Shown here: one piece after another, positions 10,152 to 19,768 of the stretch
Layout of the letters: the number at the start of each line of letters is the position of its first letter
Position numbering within the stretch: position 1 is the stretch's first letter
From: a virus
Lineage: Duplodnaviria; Caudoviricetes
IMG/VR virus record: IMGVR_UViG_3300005713_000010
Span: 1 to 37,018 of that record
DNA length: 37,018 nt
Direction: 5' to 3' (one strand)
Made by a program: the position numbers and the translations under genes
The notes under the pieces: model-generated
What the model saw: only the letters and a program-made list of their open reading frames with translations
Databases searched by the model: none
What the model was told of the DNA's origin: nothing

Positions 10152-10869
10152 TTTACTCGAACCGCATCCGGCGAAACCGTCTGAGCCGGTGATCTGGAAC
10201 GCGTTAAAGCAGAATGCCCGCCTACTGTTCAACATGGCGCTTAATACGCCGGTCAGTTGGGCCACAGAATCCCATATACTCGATGTCAATGAGAATGACG
10301 ATACTTACCTGCTGCCGGCGGCGAATTTCGGCAAAGACATACTTGTCGAGACCATAGACCCCGCCGATCCGAACCATGTGCCCCGTCCGGTTCGGCGAAT
10401 GTCATTACAGTCATCGCTGCTCGGCGGCAATTCGCCATACATCCAGAATTGGGACCATACCTATCAGATGCTCGGCGAAAAGCATTCGGCTCAGACCTTC
10501 GTGTTTACCCGTGACTCGGCGATTGGCAATGTCTCGATCAGAGTTCTGCCCGTTCCCCACACCTCGGCGCAATACAAAATCTGGTACGAGACGGCGGAGC
10601 CGAATACCACGGCGCTCGATAACTATTTTCCGATTCTGGCCGGGCAGGATCTGTTATGTCTGCGGGTCTCCTTGAGCTGCCTACCCGGCGCCGAGTGGTC
10701 GGAGATGACGCCGGAACAATGCGCCGAAAAGCGTCAGGAATTGGGCATGACGCTTGGCGCGGACGTGAAGGCCCACACCGACGCCTATCGCCAATACATA
10801 GCGACTGACCGTCAGGCGGGCCTCACGGCCATGCGGGGGTTTCAAGATTCGGAATATTGGGAGGATTAA
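10108..10869 (+). CDS. Head-tail adaptor/connector-like protein
   Basis: N-terminal TYRELISQIRLNL helix, DTYLLP and IRVLPVP...YKIWY motifs as in podoviral adaptor proteins. Confidence 0.6.
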   Translation: MPNTYRELISQIRLNLLEPHPAKPSEPVIWNALKQNARLLFNMALNTPVSWATESHILDVNENDDTYLLPAANFGKDILVETIDPADPNHVPRPVRRMSLQSSLLGGNSPYIQNWDHTYQMLGEKHSAQTFVFTRDSAIGNVSIRVLPVPHTSAQYKIWYETAEPNTTALDNYFPILAGQDLLCLRVSLSCLPGAEWSEMTPEQCAEKRQELGMTLGADVKAHTDAYRQYIATDRQAGLTAMRGFQDSEYWED

Positions 10870-10871
10870 GT

Positions 10872-11153
10872 ATGGCTGTCAGGTACCACGGGATTCAACT
10901 GACCGCGCCTACCGGCGGCGCGGCTTTTACCGCTGACACGACGATATATGGCTTCGATGTCATCGTCACGAATACCAGCGGCGCCGCGACGATCACCGGG
11001 GCGAATAGCGTGGTTATGGCCGCGATTACCGCCGGCGTCCCATTTCATATGGGCGGAACCGATCCGGTAACGGGCGAGCCACTGCAACTTTCACTCTACA
11101 GCGCGACGGCCGCCGCGGGGAATGTCCATATCGCCTACGCGACCAGAGTTTAA
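10872..11153 (+). CDS. Small beta-rich virion protein
   Basis: ATG at 10872 after ggagga; T/A/G-rich. Confidence 0.55.
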   Translation: MAVRYHGIQLTAPTGGAAFTADTTIYGFDVIVTNTSGAATITGANSVVMAAITAGVPFHMGGTDPVTGEPLQLSLYSATAAAGNVHIAYATRV

Positions 11154-11167
11154 AGGGGGTGATTGCT

Positions 11168-11422
11168 GTGGCTGTTCTATCTGAAGCCGACCGCGTAGTC
11201 TGCTGGGAAAACTGGATGCGAGACAATAAGGCCGCGATCATCGGGGCCATGACGAGGCAGGAATTGAGGGCGGCCGTTGATGCGCTCGACACCTGGTTGA
11301 ACGACAACGCCGCGGCAGCCAATAACGCGCTTCCATTACCCGCACGCACCGTATTGACCCAATCGCAGAAGGCGGCGCTACTAACAATCATCGTCTATCG
11401 CCGATACGGAGCCGGCGCCTGA
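11168..11422 (+). CDS. Small helical hypothetical virion protein
   Basis: GTG at 11168 is suitably spaced from the ggggg RBS (11159 is the alternative); stop overlaps next ATG. Confidence 0.6.
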   Translation: MAVLSEADRVVCWENWMRDNKAAIIGAMTRQELRAAVDALDTWLNDNAAAANNALPLPARTVLTQSQKAALLTIIVYRRYGAGA

Positions 11423-11931
11423 TGGCCACTATCTATCAAACCTTTGCGCCTGAAGAAGCCGTTTTCATGTCCTCGAATTTCCCTCAGTACGTCAGGTTTC
11501 TGGGGACCAATTTTCCGGTGACGGGCTTGGCCTTCGACGGCGGCGCCATTGATGAGGACTCTTTCTTTAAATTCTCGGCGACGAATTACGGCTCCGGCAA
11601 CCTGACGCTGACGGTCTATTGGTACGCCGACACGGCGGCGAGCGGGAATGTCGTGTGGGGCTCCAGGCTCGCCGCTATTACGGCCAATACTGACACTCAA
11701 GATGTCGAGACGAAATCCTTTGCGACCGCGCAGACGCAGCAAGATACGCACCTGGGGACCACTAATCAGCGGCTACACTCTGTCGACCTGACGATCAGCA
11801 ATCTTGACTCGATGGCCAACGGGGACGTGTGCTGGCTACATGTTTATCGTGACGCCTCCGATACAACAAATGATACGCTGACGGGCGACGCGATCATCAT
11901 TTTGTTACGGCTGAGTTATAGCGATACATAA
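11422..11931 (+). CDS. Beta-sandwich virion/fibre-associated protein
   Basis: LAFD...LTVYWY...GNVVW...LHVYRDASDTTNDT pattern; in the structural operon. Confidence 0.55.
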   Translation: MATIYQTFAPEEAVFMSSNFPQYVRFLGTNFPVTGLAFDGGAIDEDSFFKFSATNYGSGNLTLTVYWYADTAASGNVVWGSRLAAITANTDTQDVETKSFATAQTQQDTHLGTTNQRLHSVDLTISNLDSMANGDVCWLHVYRDASDTTNDTLTGDAIIILLRLSYSDT

Positions 11932-12786
11932 ATGGCGGTCCGATTTGACGCAGACACGGAAGATTACACAAACACTACCGGGACTTATAACATCGGTACC
12001 TGCACGATCACGTGTTGGGTTCGGATCGATGTCGACCGCAATGCCGTTTCAAGCGCCTGGTGCATTGATGACGGGGCTTCGATCGCCATTCTGTTGCAGA
12101 CCCTCTCCGATGGCGTCACCTGGCAGATGGCGGACACGGCCACCGGCAACAGCACACTGTTCGCCGCGACGGTCGGGGTTTGGTACTACATAGCCGCAGT
12201 TAAAGCCACGGGCGCCGGCGCGACCGTTGTCTACTGGGCCGCCGCGGATACGTTGCCGCTCAGCAGCGCCAGTTCCAGCCATCTTGAAAGTAGCACTGTG
12301 TCCGTGTTGCGGATAGGGGCTTCTGTAAATTCCGGCGAATGGCTCAACGGAAGTATAGCCGCCTTAAAAGTTTGGGATGGAGTCAACCTCACTCAAGCCG
12401 AAATCGAGAGAGAGCGATTCCAATATTTACCACACAGGACAACGAACCTAATAGCGTTTTACCCGCTTCTTGAGGGCGGGAACACGGTGGGGGCCAAACA
12501 GGATTTTAGCGGAGCAGGCAACGTCCTGTCAGGCGGCGCAGGGAGCGTAACGACGGACGGGCCGCCGATCACCTGGCGGCAGTATAAGAGACAGTATCCA
12601 TTTGTATTTTCAGCCGCAGCGCCAGCATTCATCCCTGAACCGGGAGGCTACATTCTGAATGAGGACGGGACAAAGATCATGCTCGAAGACGGCTCCGGCT
12701 TTCTGATTCTGGAAGAGACTGTGGGCGATGTTCATTACCCCTCCGGCTATGGCAGGAGTTTTCAGAATACCCTGATTCGTTTGTGA
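11932..12786 (+). CDS. LamG/concanavalin A-like lectin-domain virion protein
   Basis: TITCWVR, VGVWYYIAAV, LRIGAS...WLNGSIAALKVWD..LTQAEI, NLIAFYPLLEG...DFSGAGN. Confidence 0.75.
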   Translation: MAVRFDADTEDYTNTTGTYNIGTCTITCWVRIDVDRNAVSSAWCIDDGASIAILLQTLSDGVTWQMADTATGNSTLFAATVGVWYYIAAVKATGAGATVVYWAAADTLPLSSASSSHLESSTVSVLRIGASVNSGEWLNGSIAALKVWDGVNLTQAEIERERFQYLPHRTTNLIAFYPLLEGGNTVGAKQDFSGAGNVLSGGAGSVTTDGPPITWRQYKRQYPFVFSAAAPAFIPEPGGYILNEDGTKIMLEDGSGFLILEETVGDVHYPSGYGRSFQNTLIRL

Positions 12787-12787
12787 T

Positions 12788-13567
12788 ATGCCTGACAAAA
12801 AGATCAGCGAATTGACCGCGGCGGGCGCCGCGGCGGGGACCAATGAACTGCCCATCAACGAGGCCGGGACTACTAAGAAACTGACCGTCGATCAGAGCAA
12901 AACTTTCACATCCAACGCCACAGTATTCGCCGCCGGGTCCGCCTCCGCCAACACCTGGCCGAAGTTCACCAGCGGGACAGTGTTGACCACTCCCGAAGTC
13001 GGGGCCATAGAACTAGACGGTAACTGCTTCTACGGCACCACGGATGCAGGCAATCGTGGCTATATCCCGATCAAGCATTTTATCCGGGCGGACGCGACGC
13101 GCACATTTACCAGTAATACCAGCGCACAGGCCATTTTTACCAGTCCGACGAACGGAACAATTACGCTTGAGACTGGACTATACAGGGTCGAGGGTGTGCT
13201 TGCATTTACGGCTATGGACGCCGCAGCGACCTCAAACCGCAACATCAACCTGTTAGGGGCCGGGACGGCTACCGTGGGAGCGTGGCTGTGGCAGGCCTTT
13301 GGACAAGACGCCGCAGTGACGACCGCCGGCGCCGTGGGCGGGTCGTGGAATACGACCTCAACATCTCCGGCCAGCATTATCACCGGCGTCGCCAGCGGCA
13401 CTATGAACGTCTGCATATTGGGGACATTTGAAGTTACCGGCGCCGGGACAATGATCCCGACTACCACAATGGCCGTAGCGGCGGCCTCTGTGCTTTCGAT
13501 CGGGTCTTACATAATGCTCGAACGGATGGGTTCTACATCTGTCGTCAGCATAGGGCAGTGGACATAA
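12788..13567 (+). CDS. Fibre/spike-like virion protein
   Basis: N-terminal DKKISEL...TKKLTV fibre motif; T/A/G/S-rich beta C-terminal domain. Confidence 0.6.
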   Translation: MPDKKISELTAAGAAAGTNELPINEAGTTKKLTVDQSKTFTSNATVFAAGSASANTWPKFTSGTVLTTPEVGAIELDGNCFYGTTDAGNRGYIPIKHFIRADATRTFTSNTSAQAIFTSPTNGTITLETGLYRVEGVLAFTAMDAAATSNRNINLLGAGTATVGAWLWQAFGQDAAVTTAGAVGGSWNTTSTSPASIITGVASGTMNVCILGTFEVTGAGTMIPTTTMAVAAASVLSIGSYIMLERMGSTSVVSIGQWT

Positions 13568-13568
13568 A

Positions 13569-14069
13569 ATGGGACGAGTCTTTAACGTTCACGGCGAAAA
13601 CCTGACGCTTGGCACTGGCTCCGTCCTGCTTGCCCTGCAAACGGCCTCCGGCGTCAGCGCTGCGGCATTCTTGCAGGTGATAAGGGTTGAAGTCACTCAA
13701 TCAGGCACGGGCATTTCAGCGCAGGTCAGGCTGTTATTCTCGACCAGAGACACGGCCGGGACACTTACAACTACGACCGTCACGCCAACTAACACCGCAT
13801 TGGGCGGCCCGGCTTCGGGATTGGCCGGCAATACCAGCGTTATCGGCGGCGCGGGCAGGATTGGGATCAACTCTTCGGCGGATTCAGGCGGAACCTATAC
13901 TAATCATTTCCCCAATTCGCCCAATCAGCTCAATGGCTACTTATGGTTGCCGGTCCCGGAAGAACGGCTGTTGATTCCGCCTTCTACCGTATGGTGTGTC
14001 CGCTTCGCCACGGCGCCGACCTCAACGTCTGGATGGAATGTACATTGCGCATATGAAGAGTTGATCTAA
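13569..14069 (+). CDS. Beta-rich virion protein
   Basis: Tight packing; NGYLWLPVPEER motif; composition like neighbouring structural genes. Confidence 0.55.
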   Translation: MGRVFNVHGENLTLGTGSVLLALQTASGVSAAAFLQVIRVEVTQSGTGISAQVRLLFSTRDTAGTLTTTTVTPTNTALGGPASGLAGNTSVIGGAGRIGINSSADSGGTYTNHFPNSPNQLNGYLWLPVPEERLLIPPSTVWCVRFATAPTSTSGWNVHCAYEELI

Positions 14070-15518
14070 ATGCCGGTCTATCGCCCGCTACCGCAGCCGT
14101 ATCAGGGAATCAAAAACGCGCCGCTGCTGATTCCCAGTGGGGCGACCTTCACCATCACCCCGAGCGGTTCAATCACCCCAGCGGGCGCGCTAGTCAAGCA
14201 GGCGAATAAGGCCTTATCGGGTCAAGTCACGCCTAGCGGGGCGCTCTCGAAGCTGGTCAGTAAGTTTCTAAGCAGTTCGATTACGCCCGCCGGCGCGCTC
14301 GCAAAACAAACGGCAAAGTTCTTTAGCGGTCAGATTACCCCTGCCGGCGCCCTCGTCAGGCAGGCGCAGAAAGTCTTATCAGGCGCGATCACGCCAGCGG
14401 GCGCCCTCTCTAAGTTCGTATCGAAGAATCTCAGCGGCGGCCTGACGCCTACAGGCGCGCTCGCAAAGCTTGTATCGAAGCTCCTCAGTGGCTCGATTAC
14501 GCCCACGGGCGCTCTGACGACGGTCAAAGTCGTTTTGCGGACTTTTACGGGCTCGATCACGCCCGCCGGAGCGCTCTCGAACCTGGCGCAGAAGACTCTT
14601 TCCGGCGCCCTGACGCCCGCTGGAGCGCTCTCGAAGCTGGTAGCCAAGGTTCTGAGTGGTTCAATCACTCCGGCGGGCGCCTTAGCCAAACTAGTCGCGA
14701 AACTGCTTAGCGGTCAGGTCACGCCCGCCGGAGCCCTGACCAATGTAAAAGTCGTTTTGCGGACTTTTACAGGCTCGATCACGCCCGCCGGGGCGTTGGT
14801 TAAGAGCGTCGTCAAATCGCTTGCCGGCTCAATCACGCCGGCCGGCGCGATAGTTAAAGCAGTCTCTAAACTGCTCAATGGCTCCATCACGCCGGCCGGC
14901 GCCCTTACCTTAGTAAGGGTCTTACTCCGGACTTTTACGGGCTCGATCACGCCCACCGGGGCGTTGGTTAAGAGCGACCTCAAGACACTATCAGGCTCGA
15001 CCACGACCGCCGGCGCGCTTACTCGACAAGTCGCCAAATCGCTTGCCGGCTCAATCACGCCGGCCGGCGCGATAGTTAAAGCAGTCTCCAAACTGCTCGC
15101 CGGTCAGATCACGCCGGCCGGCGCCCTTACCTTAGTAAGGGTCTTACTCCGGACTTTTACGGGCTCGATTACGCCCGCCGGAGCGCTACTGAAGCAGGCC
15201 GGCAAGACGCTCTCAGGCTCGATTACGCCCGCCGGCGATCTCCTCAAGCAGATAGCGAAGTTCCTCGCCGGGCTGCTCACGCCTGGGGGCGCGCTCACAA
15301 ATCTAAAAATCTTCGGCGCGGCGGAAGAGATCGGCATGTCGATCTCCTTCAGTTTCGTGACTGAGGCGTCGGTCTCAAGCGGTTCAATAATGGATGCCGG
15401 CGTTTCTCAAAGCGTCGTCATGCAGGGCGTTGTAACTCAAGGGCTGATTATGCGGATCGGAGTCGTCGCCACAATGGAAATGGACGCGCCGATCACGGTT
15501 GAAATCATCGGAGGCTAA
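14070..15518 (+). CDS. Basic tandem-repeat protein (about 21 x 18-20 aa), probable fibre/shaft
   Basis: Repeats of (S/T/A)GSITPAGALxKxxxKxL; acidic C-terminal segment. Confidence 0.75.
   Translation: MPVYRPLPQPYQGIKNAPLLIPSGATFTITPSGSITPAGALVKQANKALSGQVTPSGALSKLVSKFLSSSITPAGALAKQTAKFFSGQITPAGALVRQAQKVLSGAITPAGALSKFVSKNLSGGLTPTGALAKLVSKLLSGSITPTGALTTVKVVLRTFTGSITPAGALSNLAQKTLSGALTPAGALSKLVAKVLSGSITPAGALAKLVAKLLSGQVTPAGALTNVKVVLRTFTGSITPAGALVKSVVKSLAGSITPAGAIVKAVSKLLNGSITPAGALTLVRVLLRTFTGSITPTGALVKSDLKTLSGSTTTAGALTRQVAKSLAGSITPAGAIVKAVSKLLAGQITPAGALTLVRVLLRTFTGSITPAGALLKQAGKTLSGSITPAGDLLKQIAKFLAGLLTPGGALTNLKIFGAAEEIGMSISFSFVTEASVSSGSIMDAGVSQSVVMQGVVTQGLIMRIGVVATMEMDAPITVEIIGG
14163..15315 (+). 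repeat. Coding tandem repeat of 54/60-bp units with 222-bp higher-order period
   Basis: ggacttttac at 14539, 14761, 14929, 15151; near-identical blocks at 14814/15036 and 14898/15120 (offset 222). Confidence 0.9.
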
Positions 15519-15520
15519 CA

Positions 15521-16198
15521 ATGTACGGTGGAAGTCTGGCGCCGTCTGGCGCTTTGAAGCTAAAAAAATTGAGCCGCAGCCGCTCGCTCTGGAGCCTTCT
15601 TCGATGCGGTCTCCCGTGGCCAGGGAACTGCCGTGAAGTCAATGTATGGCGATTGAAAAACTTTCCGAATCTCGCGCGCGGCCTGTGGCGCGTGCTGATG
15701 GCCAGACTCTTTCGGATGCCCATCCATTACGGCGTGCTGTCTCTAACTGTGATTCGCGGGAACGGACGCGTTATTGATTATGGCGTGGCTAGTCTGCGCT
15801 CTGTTACTACTGTCGGCGTTGGTTTTATTGTGGATGCTTTCCAAAATACTACCGAACTTGAAAACATGAAGTTTCATGGCTTCGGGACCGGAACGACGGC
15901 TGAAGCGGTAGGCGATACGGCGCTCGTGACCGAGGAAACGACCCAATACAATCCGGACAATACTCGGCCGACCGGAACGACTACTGAAGGCGCTTCCGCG
16001 AACATTTATCGAACTGTCGCCACTTATTCGCCGGATTCCGGCGGTACGCGGGCCATCACGGAACATGGAGTATTCAGCCAGGCGGCCACCGGCGGCGGGG
16101 TATTGCTTGATCGCTCCGTCTTCTCAGCGGTCAACCTCGTGGCCGCCAGTGATTCGCTCCAAAGCACATACGAAATGACTTTTACCTCGGGGGGCTGA
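15521..16198 (+). CDS. Virion structural protein (fibre-associated)
   Basis: RBS ggagg; HGFGTGTTAEAVGDTAL...AITEHGVF...GVLLDRSVFSAVNL...DSLQ pattern common in phage fibre-attachment proteins. Confidence 0.65.
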   Translation: MYGGSLAPSGALKLKKLSRSRSLWSLLRCGLPWPGNCREVNVWRLKNFPNLARGLWRVLMARLFRMPIHYGVLSLTVIRGNGRVIDYGVASLRSVTTVGVGFIVDAFQNTTELENMKFHGFGTGTTAEAVGDTALVTEETTQYNPDNTRPTGTTTEGASANIYRTVATYSPDSGGTRAITEHGVFSQAATGGGVLLDRSVFSAVNLVAASDSLQSTYEMTFTSGG

Positions 16199-16208
16199 AA
16201 GTTCTTAC

Positions 16209-16532
16209 GTGGCAACGGTCGCATTGAATAACCGCTGCGAGATCGCCGTGCGGTTTATACGAGTTTCTGATGGCTCGCTTGTAGATCCGAGCACTGTTCG
16301 GCTGAAGGTTCGCGATCCGGGGATGTCCATCACAACCTACACACACCCGAACGCCCAGATCACCAAAGACGGGACCGGTCTATATCATTCGAGCATTCTC
16401 TTTGACCGCCCTGGTCGCTGGCTCATCCGCTGGGAAGGCCTCTCTACTAACGAAGTCTCCGAAGAAACAATGATTCAGGTTCAGGGCTCAGAGTTTTATG
16501 ACCCGGACGGCGATGAACTGCCAGACTCATAA
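16209..16532 (+). CDS. Small Ig-like virion protein
   Basis: LVDPSTVRLKVRDP...GTGLY...PGRWLIRWEG. Confidence 0.6.
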   Translation: MATVALNNRCEIAVRFIRVSDGSLVDPSTVRLKVRDPGMSITTYTHPNAQITKDGTGLYHSSILFDRPGRWLIRWEGLSTNEVSEETMIQVQGSEFYDPDGDELPDS

Positions 16533-17239
16533 TGTCTATCACGTTTGAGAAAGTCATTCAGCAGACGCTGAATCGCCTGGGCGCCGTCCTGGGCTCAACT
16601 GCGGTTACGGCTGATTCTAATTACACCGCCACGCCCAGCACTGCGACTGTCATTGGCCCGGACTTCGTTCCTAGCCAGGTCAATGACGCCGTGGCTTCTA
16701 CGATCGGCGAGATCGTGGAGGCCATCGCCTCGACCCCGAAGCATCCCGAGCGGCAGCGCTTCGCCGACGTGACGGCGAGTCTAGCGAACCTGGCCACCAT
16801 CCCGCAGACCAACGCCGCCGGCACTGCCCGCATAATCGGCCTTCCAGGCTTCGTCAGGGACGCGGCCGATAACCGGGCTTGTCTGCCGATGTCGTTAGAC
16901 GCTGTACGCAGTTTCAAACAATACCCGGCGATCTACAATTTTAATCCCTATTGGTACGCGATCAATGGTGGCAGGATCGAACACACCCGAAGCAATGTCG
17001 TGATCGAGGTTTGCGTTTACACCCGCCCAACCTCATTCACAGGCAATATCGCTTTGGAAGACTGGCACGAAGGCGGGCTTGTGGCGGGAGCGGTCGCCAA
17101 ACTGGCGTTGAAGGAAAGCGTCTTCGTGGACTTGTACCAGGGCGCGAACGCCGAATGGATGACGCACCTGGCCGAGATCCGAAATTACATTCAATCTGAT
17201 CTCTACGGCAAGGCGCAGGCGGCGCCGTCATCCACATGA
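16532..17239 (+). CDS. Adaptor/neck-like protein
   Basis: ITFEKVIQQTLNRL N-terminal helix; C-terminal WHEGGLVAGAVAKL helix. Confidence 0.5.
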   Translation: MSITFEKVIQQTLNRLGAVLGSTAVTADSNYTATPSTATVIGPDFVPSQVNDAVASTIGEIVEAIASTPKHPERQRFADVTASLANLATIPQTNAAGTARIIGLPGFVRDAADNRACLPMSLDAVRSFKQYPAIYNFNPYWYAINGGRIEHTRSNVVIEVCVYTRPTSFTGNIALEDWHEGGLVAGAVAKLALKESVFVDLYQGANAEWMTHLAEIRNYIQSDLYGKAQAAPSST

Positions 17240-17814
17240 CTTTCGATGAACTCGTGGAAAGGGCCAAGCGCCAGTTGAACGCAGGACAATCTCAGCCCCA
17301 CGTCTGGCCAGACTCCGAATTAGACATCGCCGCCTGTGTGATGCAAGCCTCGGGCAAACTCGGTCAGAAGGTCATGAAGGATGACGCGTTGCGGGCGCTG
17401 CTCCAGCAGGAATACAGCGTCAGTCTCAACACCCAGGGTGAAGGGGATTTGCTCACCGCTGTAGGCAGCGTTACGGCAGTCGCGGGTGAAATTTTGCTTG
17501 AGGGCGCGAACTTCGGCGCCGTCATAGACAACGACAGTAATGTTCTGGCGCCTCTGCGCCATTACATCCAGTTCATCGCGCCGCAGTCCACTCTCTATGG
17601 CTATTACACGATGAAAGACAAAGGGACGATCTTGACGCGCGCGATCAATGTAGCGGTCAACGGGCCGTTGGATATTGTGGGCGCGCCGGGGCCGCTCAGC
17701 ATTACCGCCAGTTACACGCCCGAAGCCGTCGAGGACTTTCCGCCCGAGCTTGAGGACATGCTAGTTCACGAACTCGTTAATATTGTCTCCGTTAAGGTTT
17801 CAGCCGATGCCTAG
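17236..17814 (+). CDS. Adaptor/neck-like protein
   Basis: MTFDELVERAKRQL N-terminus; FPPELEDMLV C-terminal helix; directly before the nozzle-like gene. Confidence 0.5.
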   Translation: MTFDELVERAKRQLNAGQSQPHVWPDSELDIAACVMQASGKLGQKVMKDDALRALLQQEYSVSLNTQGEGDLLTAVGSVTAVAGEILLEGANFGAVIDNDSNVLAPLRHYIQFIAPQSTLYGYYTMKDKGTILTRAINVAVNGPLDIVGAPGPLSITASYTPEAVEDFPPELEDMLVHELVNIVSVKVSADA

Positions 17815-19768
17815 ACCGAAAAACCTTCAAGACTTCGAGATAATTCTAAAAGGCGGCTATCACCCAAGCGCGCCGGCGCTCGCGCCTGAAGAATTGCAAC
17901 AGACGATCAGGCGTGGCAGCAACATATGGATGCGACCTGGCGGCAAGATCGAGACGGCTAAGGGGATTTCTCAGGTATCATCCCAAAACGTCGGCGCAAG
18001 AATCTTTGGCGTTGATATTGTGCGGGTGACTGTTGATGGTGGCCTGACAAGTTCGCGCCTGCCCTATGTCGGCTTCCTTCGCCACGATAACGGCTGTTAT
18101 TTTTTCACCGGCGAAAACACGTCATCACAGGTTTATTTCAACGAGTCTTCTGTGTCCGGCATGACAACAGCGTCTTCAGCCGGCTTGTTGCGCGTCTCGA
18201 TACCGACCGGCGGCGGCGCCTTTACGACTACTAACGCGGGTTTTGATAAACCCGTGCTGCCTTCCGCCAACGTCGCAATCGCCACAAGCGTTGACACCAA
18301 CCGCAATATGAACGGCCGCATAGGCGTCGCCCTGGCGCCCTGGCGGACGAAGACGAACGCGATCGGGCCGCCATCAGATCCCGTTTATACCAATCCGACA
18401 GCGGGTAGCGGGTCGGTTATCCGCGTCACTCTGCCATCACCTGTTTCCGGCCAGGATGGCTGGATTTACTGCGGGACGCGGTGGAACGACCAGGGCGGGG
18501 AATTACGGGTAGTTCGATATATCTATTTGACGGTTCGCGGGACTTTTACGGCGACGAATGGTAGCGCAAATATTACGGCGGGCGTCAATACGAAGTTCAC
18601 TCAGGATCTTTACAGGTCTGATCAGCTCACGATTGACGGGGCTAATTACAATATCCTGACAGTTACCAGTGATTCTACGTGTACGATCAATCCGGTATTC
18701 GGCGGCGTCACGGGCTCCGGCAAGACGGCCACGGTCAATATCGTGGACGGTTCATGGGTAGATCAGGAACTCGGTGACATTGTTTCAAAAAACGTGCAGC
18801 GTCCGCCGCGCTGCGCCGGCGTCCTCAAATATTCCGGCCGCGTCTTCGTGTGGGGCTGTCTCAGCGCGGCGTCCACAGATCCAACCGGTCCGGTGATTTT
18901 CCCGACTATTCAGGACAATCCCGAACATGTGCCGATTCTCGGACTCAGCACGGCGAGCGGCAGCGATCTTGTAAACGTTTTAGGTGGTGACGGGCCATTA
19001 TATCTGATGACAACCACGTCATTAGAGGTCGTCAGTTTTACTGGCGATCCTAGCCGGCCGTTCAATATTCGCATCGTCGCTTACCCCGGATTTGTGGCCG
19101 CCACCAACGGGGTATTGGTTACTGACGCTTTCTATGGATACAACGGCCGCCCCATCCGAACTAGAGCGCGAGAAAACGTTGACACCGAATTCGCGGCGCC
19201 GGTCTGGTCGGATATGACCGGTTGGAATCCCGTTCGGGTTATGGTGGCCTACGATCCGAAGAATCAGGCCGTTTTGTACGCTTATGACGACGGCGCCGCG
19301 ACAATAGTTATTCCGTTCATGGTTCAACAGGAGCAATGGTCAGCGCCTATCAACCTGGCCGCGCGGGCGATTGATTGGGCGGTTGTGTCTGGTGAGCTGT
19401 ATTTGACTTACCTTTCTGGCGGAAATTACAGAGTCAATAAATGGGAAGGCGGAGCGGGTGTTTCCGGTTACGGCTCGACTCAATACCTCGACCCACATTT
19501 GATGACTCGCGATCGGCTGAAGATTCTGGAGGCGACCGGGAAGATTCAGACGCTCCGGGTATACGCCGCGCTTCCTGATACGACCGTACCCGATGTTAGC
19601 AGTTCGGGCGCCGCGACGGCGAGTTTTACGCTTTCGGACGTGGACAAGGTTGAACCGATGATCAAGACAAACATTGCCGGCGCCGCCTTCGCGTTTAGGG
19701 TAGACCTCAACACGGATGGCAGTTTTCAGAAGTTGATCGCGGGCGGATTGCCGAGGGGTGAACGGTGA
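17807..19768 (+). CDS. Tail nozzle/tubular protein B-like (beta-propeller-type) protein
   Basis: ATG at 17807; about 650 aa; beta-rich with YSGRVFVW and VAYDPKNQAVLY; position after adaptors and before ejection genes. Confidence 0.6.
   Translation: MPRPKNLQDFEIILKGGYHPSAPALAPEELQQTIRRGSNIWMRPGGKIETAKGISQVSSQNVGARIFGVDIVRVTVDGGLTSSRLPYVGFLRHDNGCYFFTGENTSSQVYFNESSVSGMTTASSAGLLRVSIPTGGGAFTTTNAGFDKPVLPSANVAIATSVDTNRNMNGRIGVALAPWRTKTNAIGPPSDPVYTNPTAGSGSVIRVTLPSPVSGQDGWIYCGTRWNDQGGELRVVRYIYLTVRGTFTATNGSANITAGVNTKFTQDLYRSDQLTIDGANYNILTVTSDSTCTINPVFGGVTGSGKTATVNIVDGSWVDQELGDIVSKNVQRPPRCAGVLKYSGRVFVWGCLSAASTDPTGPVIFPTIQDNPEHVPILGLSTASGSDLVNVLGGDGPLYLMTTTSLEVVSFTGDPSRPFNIRIVAYPGFVAATNGVLVTDAFYGYNGRPIRTRARENVDTEFAAPVWSDMTGWNPVRVMVAYDPKNQAVLYAYDDGAATIVIPFMVQQEQWSAPINLAARAIDWAVVSGELYLTYLSGGNYRVNKWEGGAGVSGYGSTQYLDPHLMTRDRLKILEATGKIQTLRVYAALPDTTVPDVSSSGAATASFTLSDVDKVEPMIKTNIAGAAFAFRVDLNTDGSFQKLIAGGLPRGER

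Noticed and set aside
14163-15315. Possible CRISPR array or DGR template/variable repeat pair
   Set aside because: Repeats are in-frame, degenerate at third positions and lack unique spacers. I saw no adenine-specific mismatch pattern, and no reverse transcriptase or cas gene in the window.
15561-15570. A7 run as programmed frameshift site
   Set aside because: The gene is intact and motif-bearing in one frame; no useful alternative-frame extension was evident.
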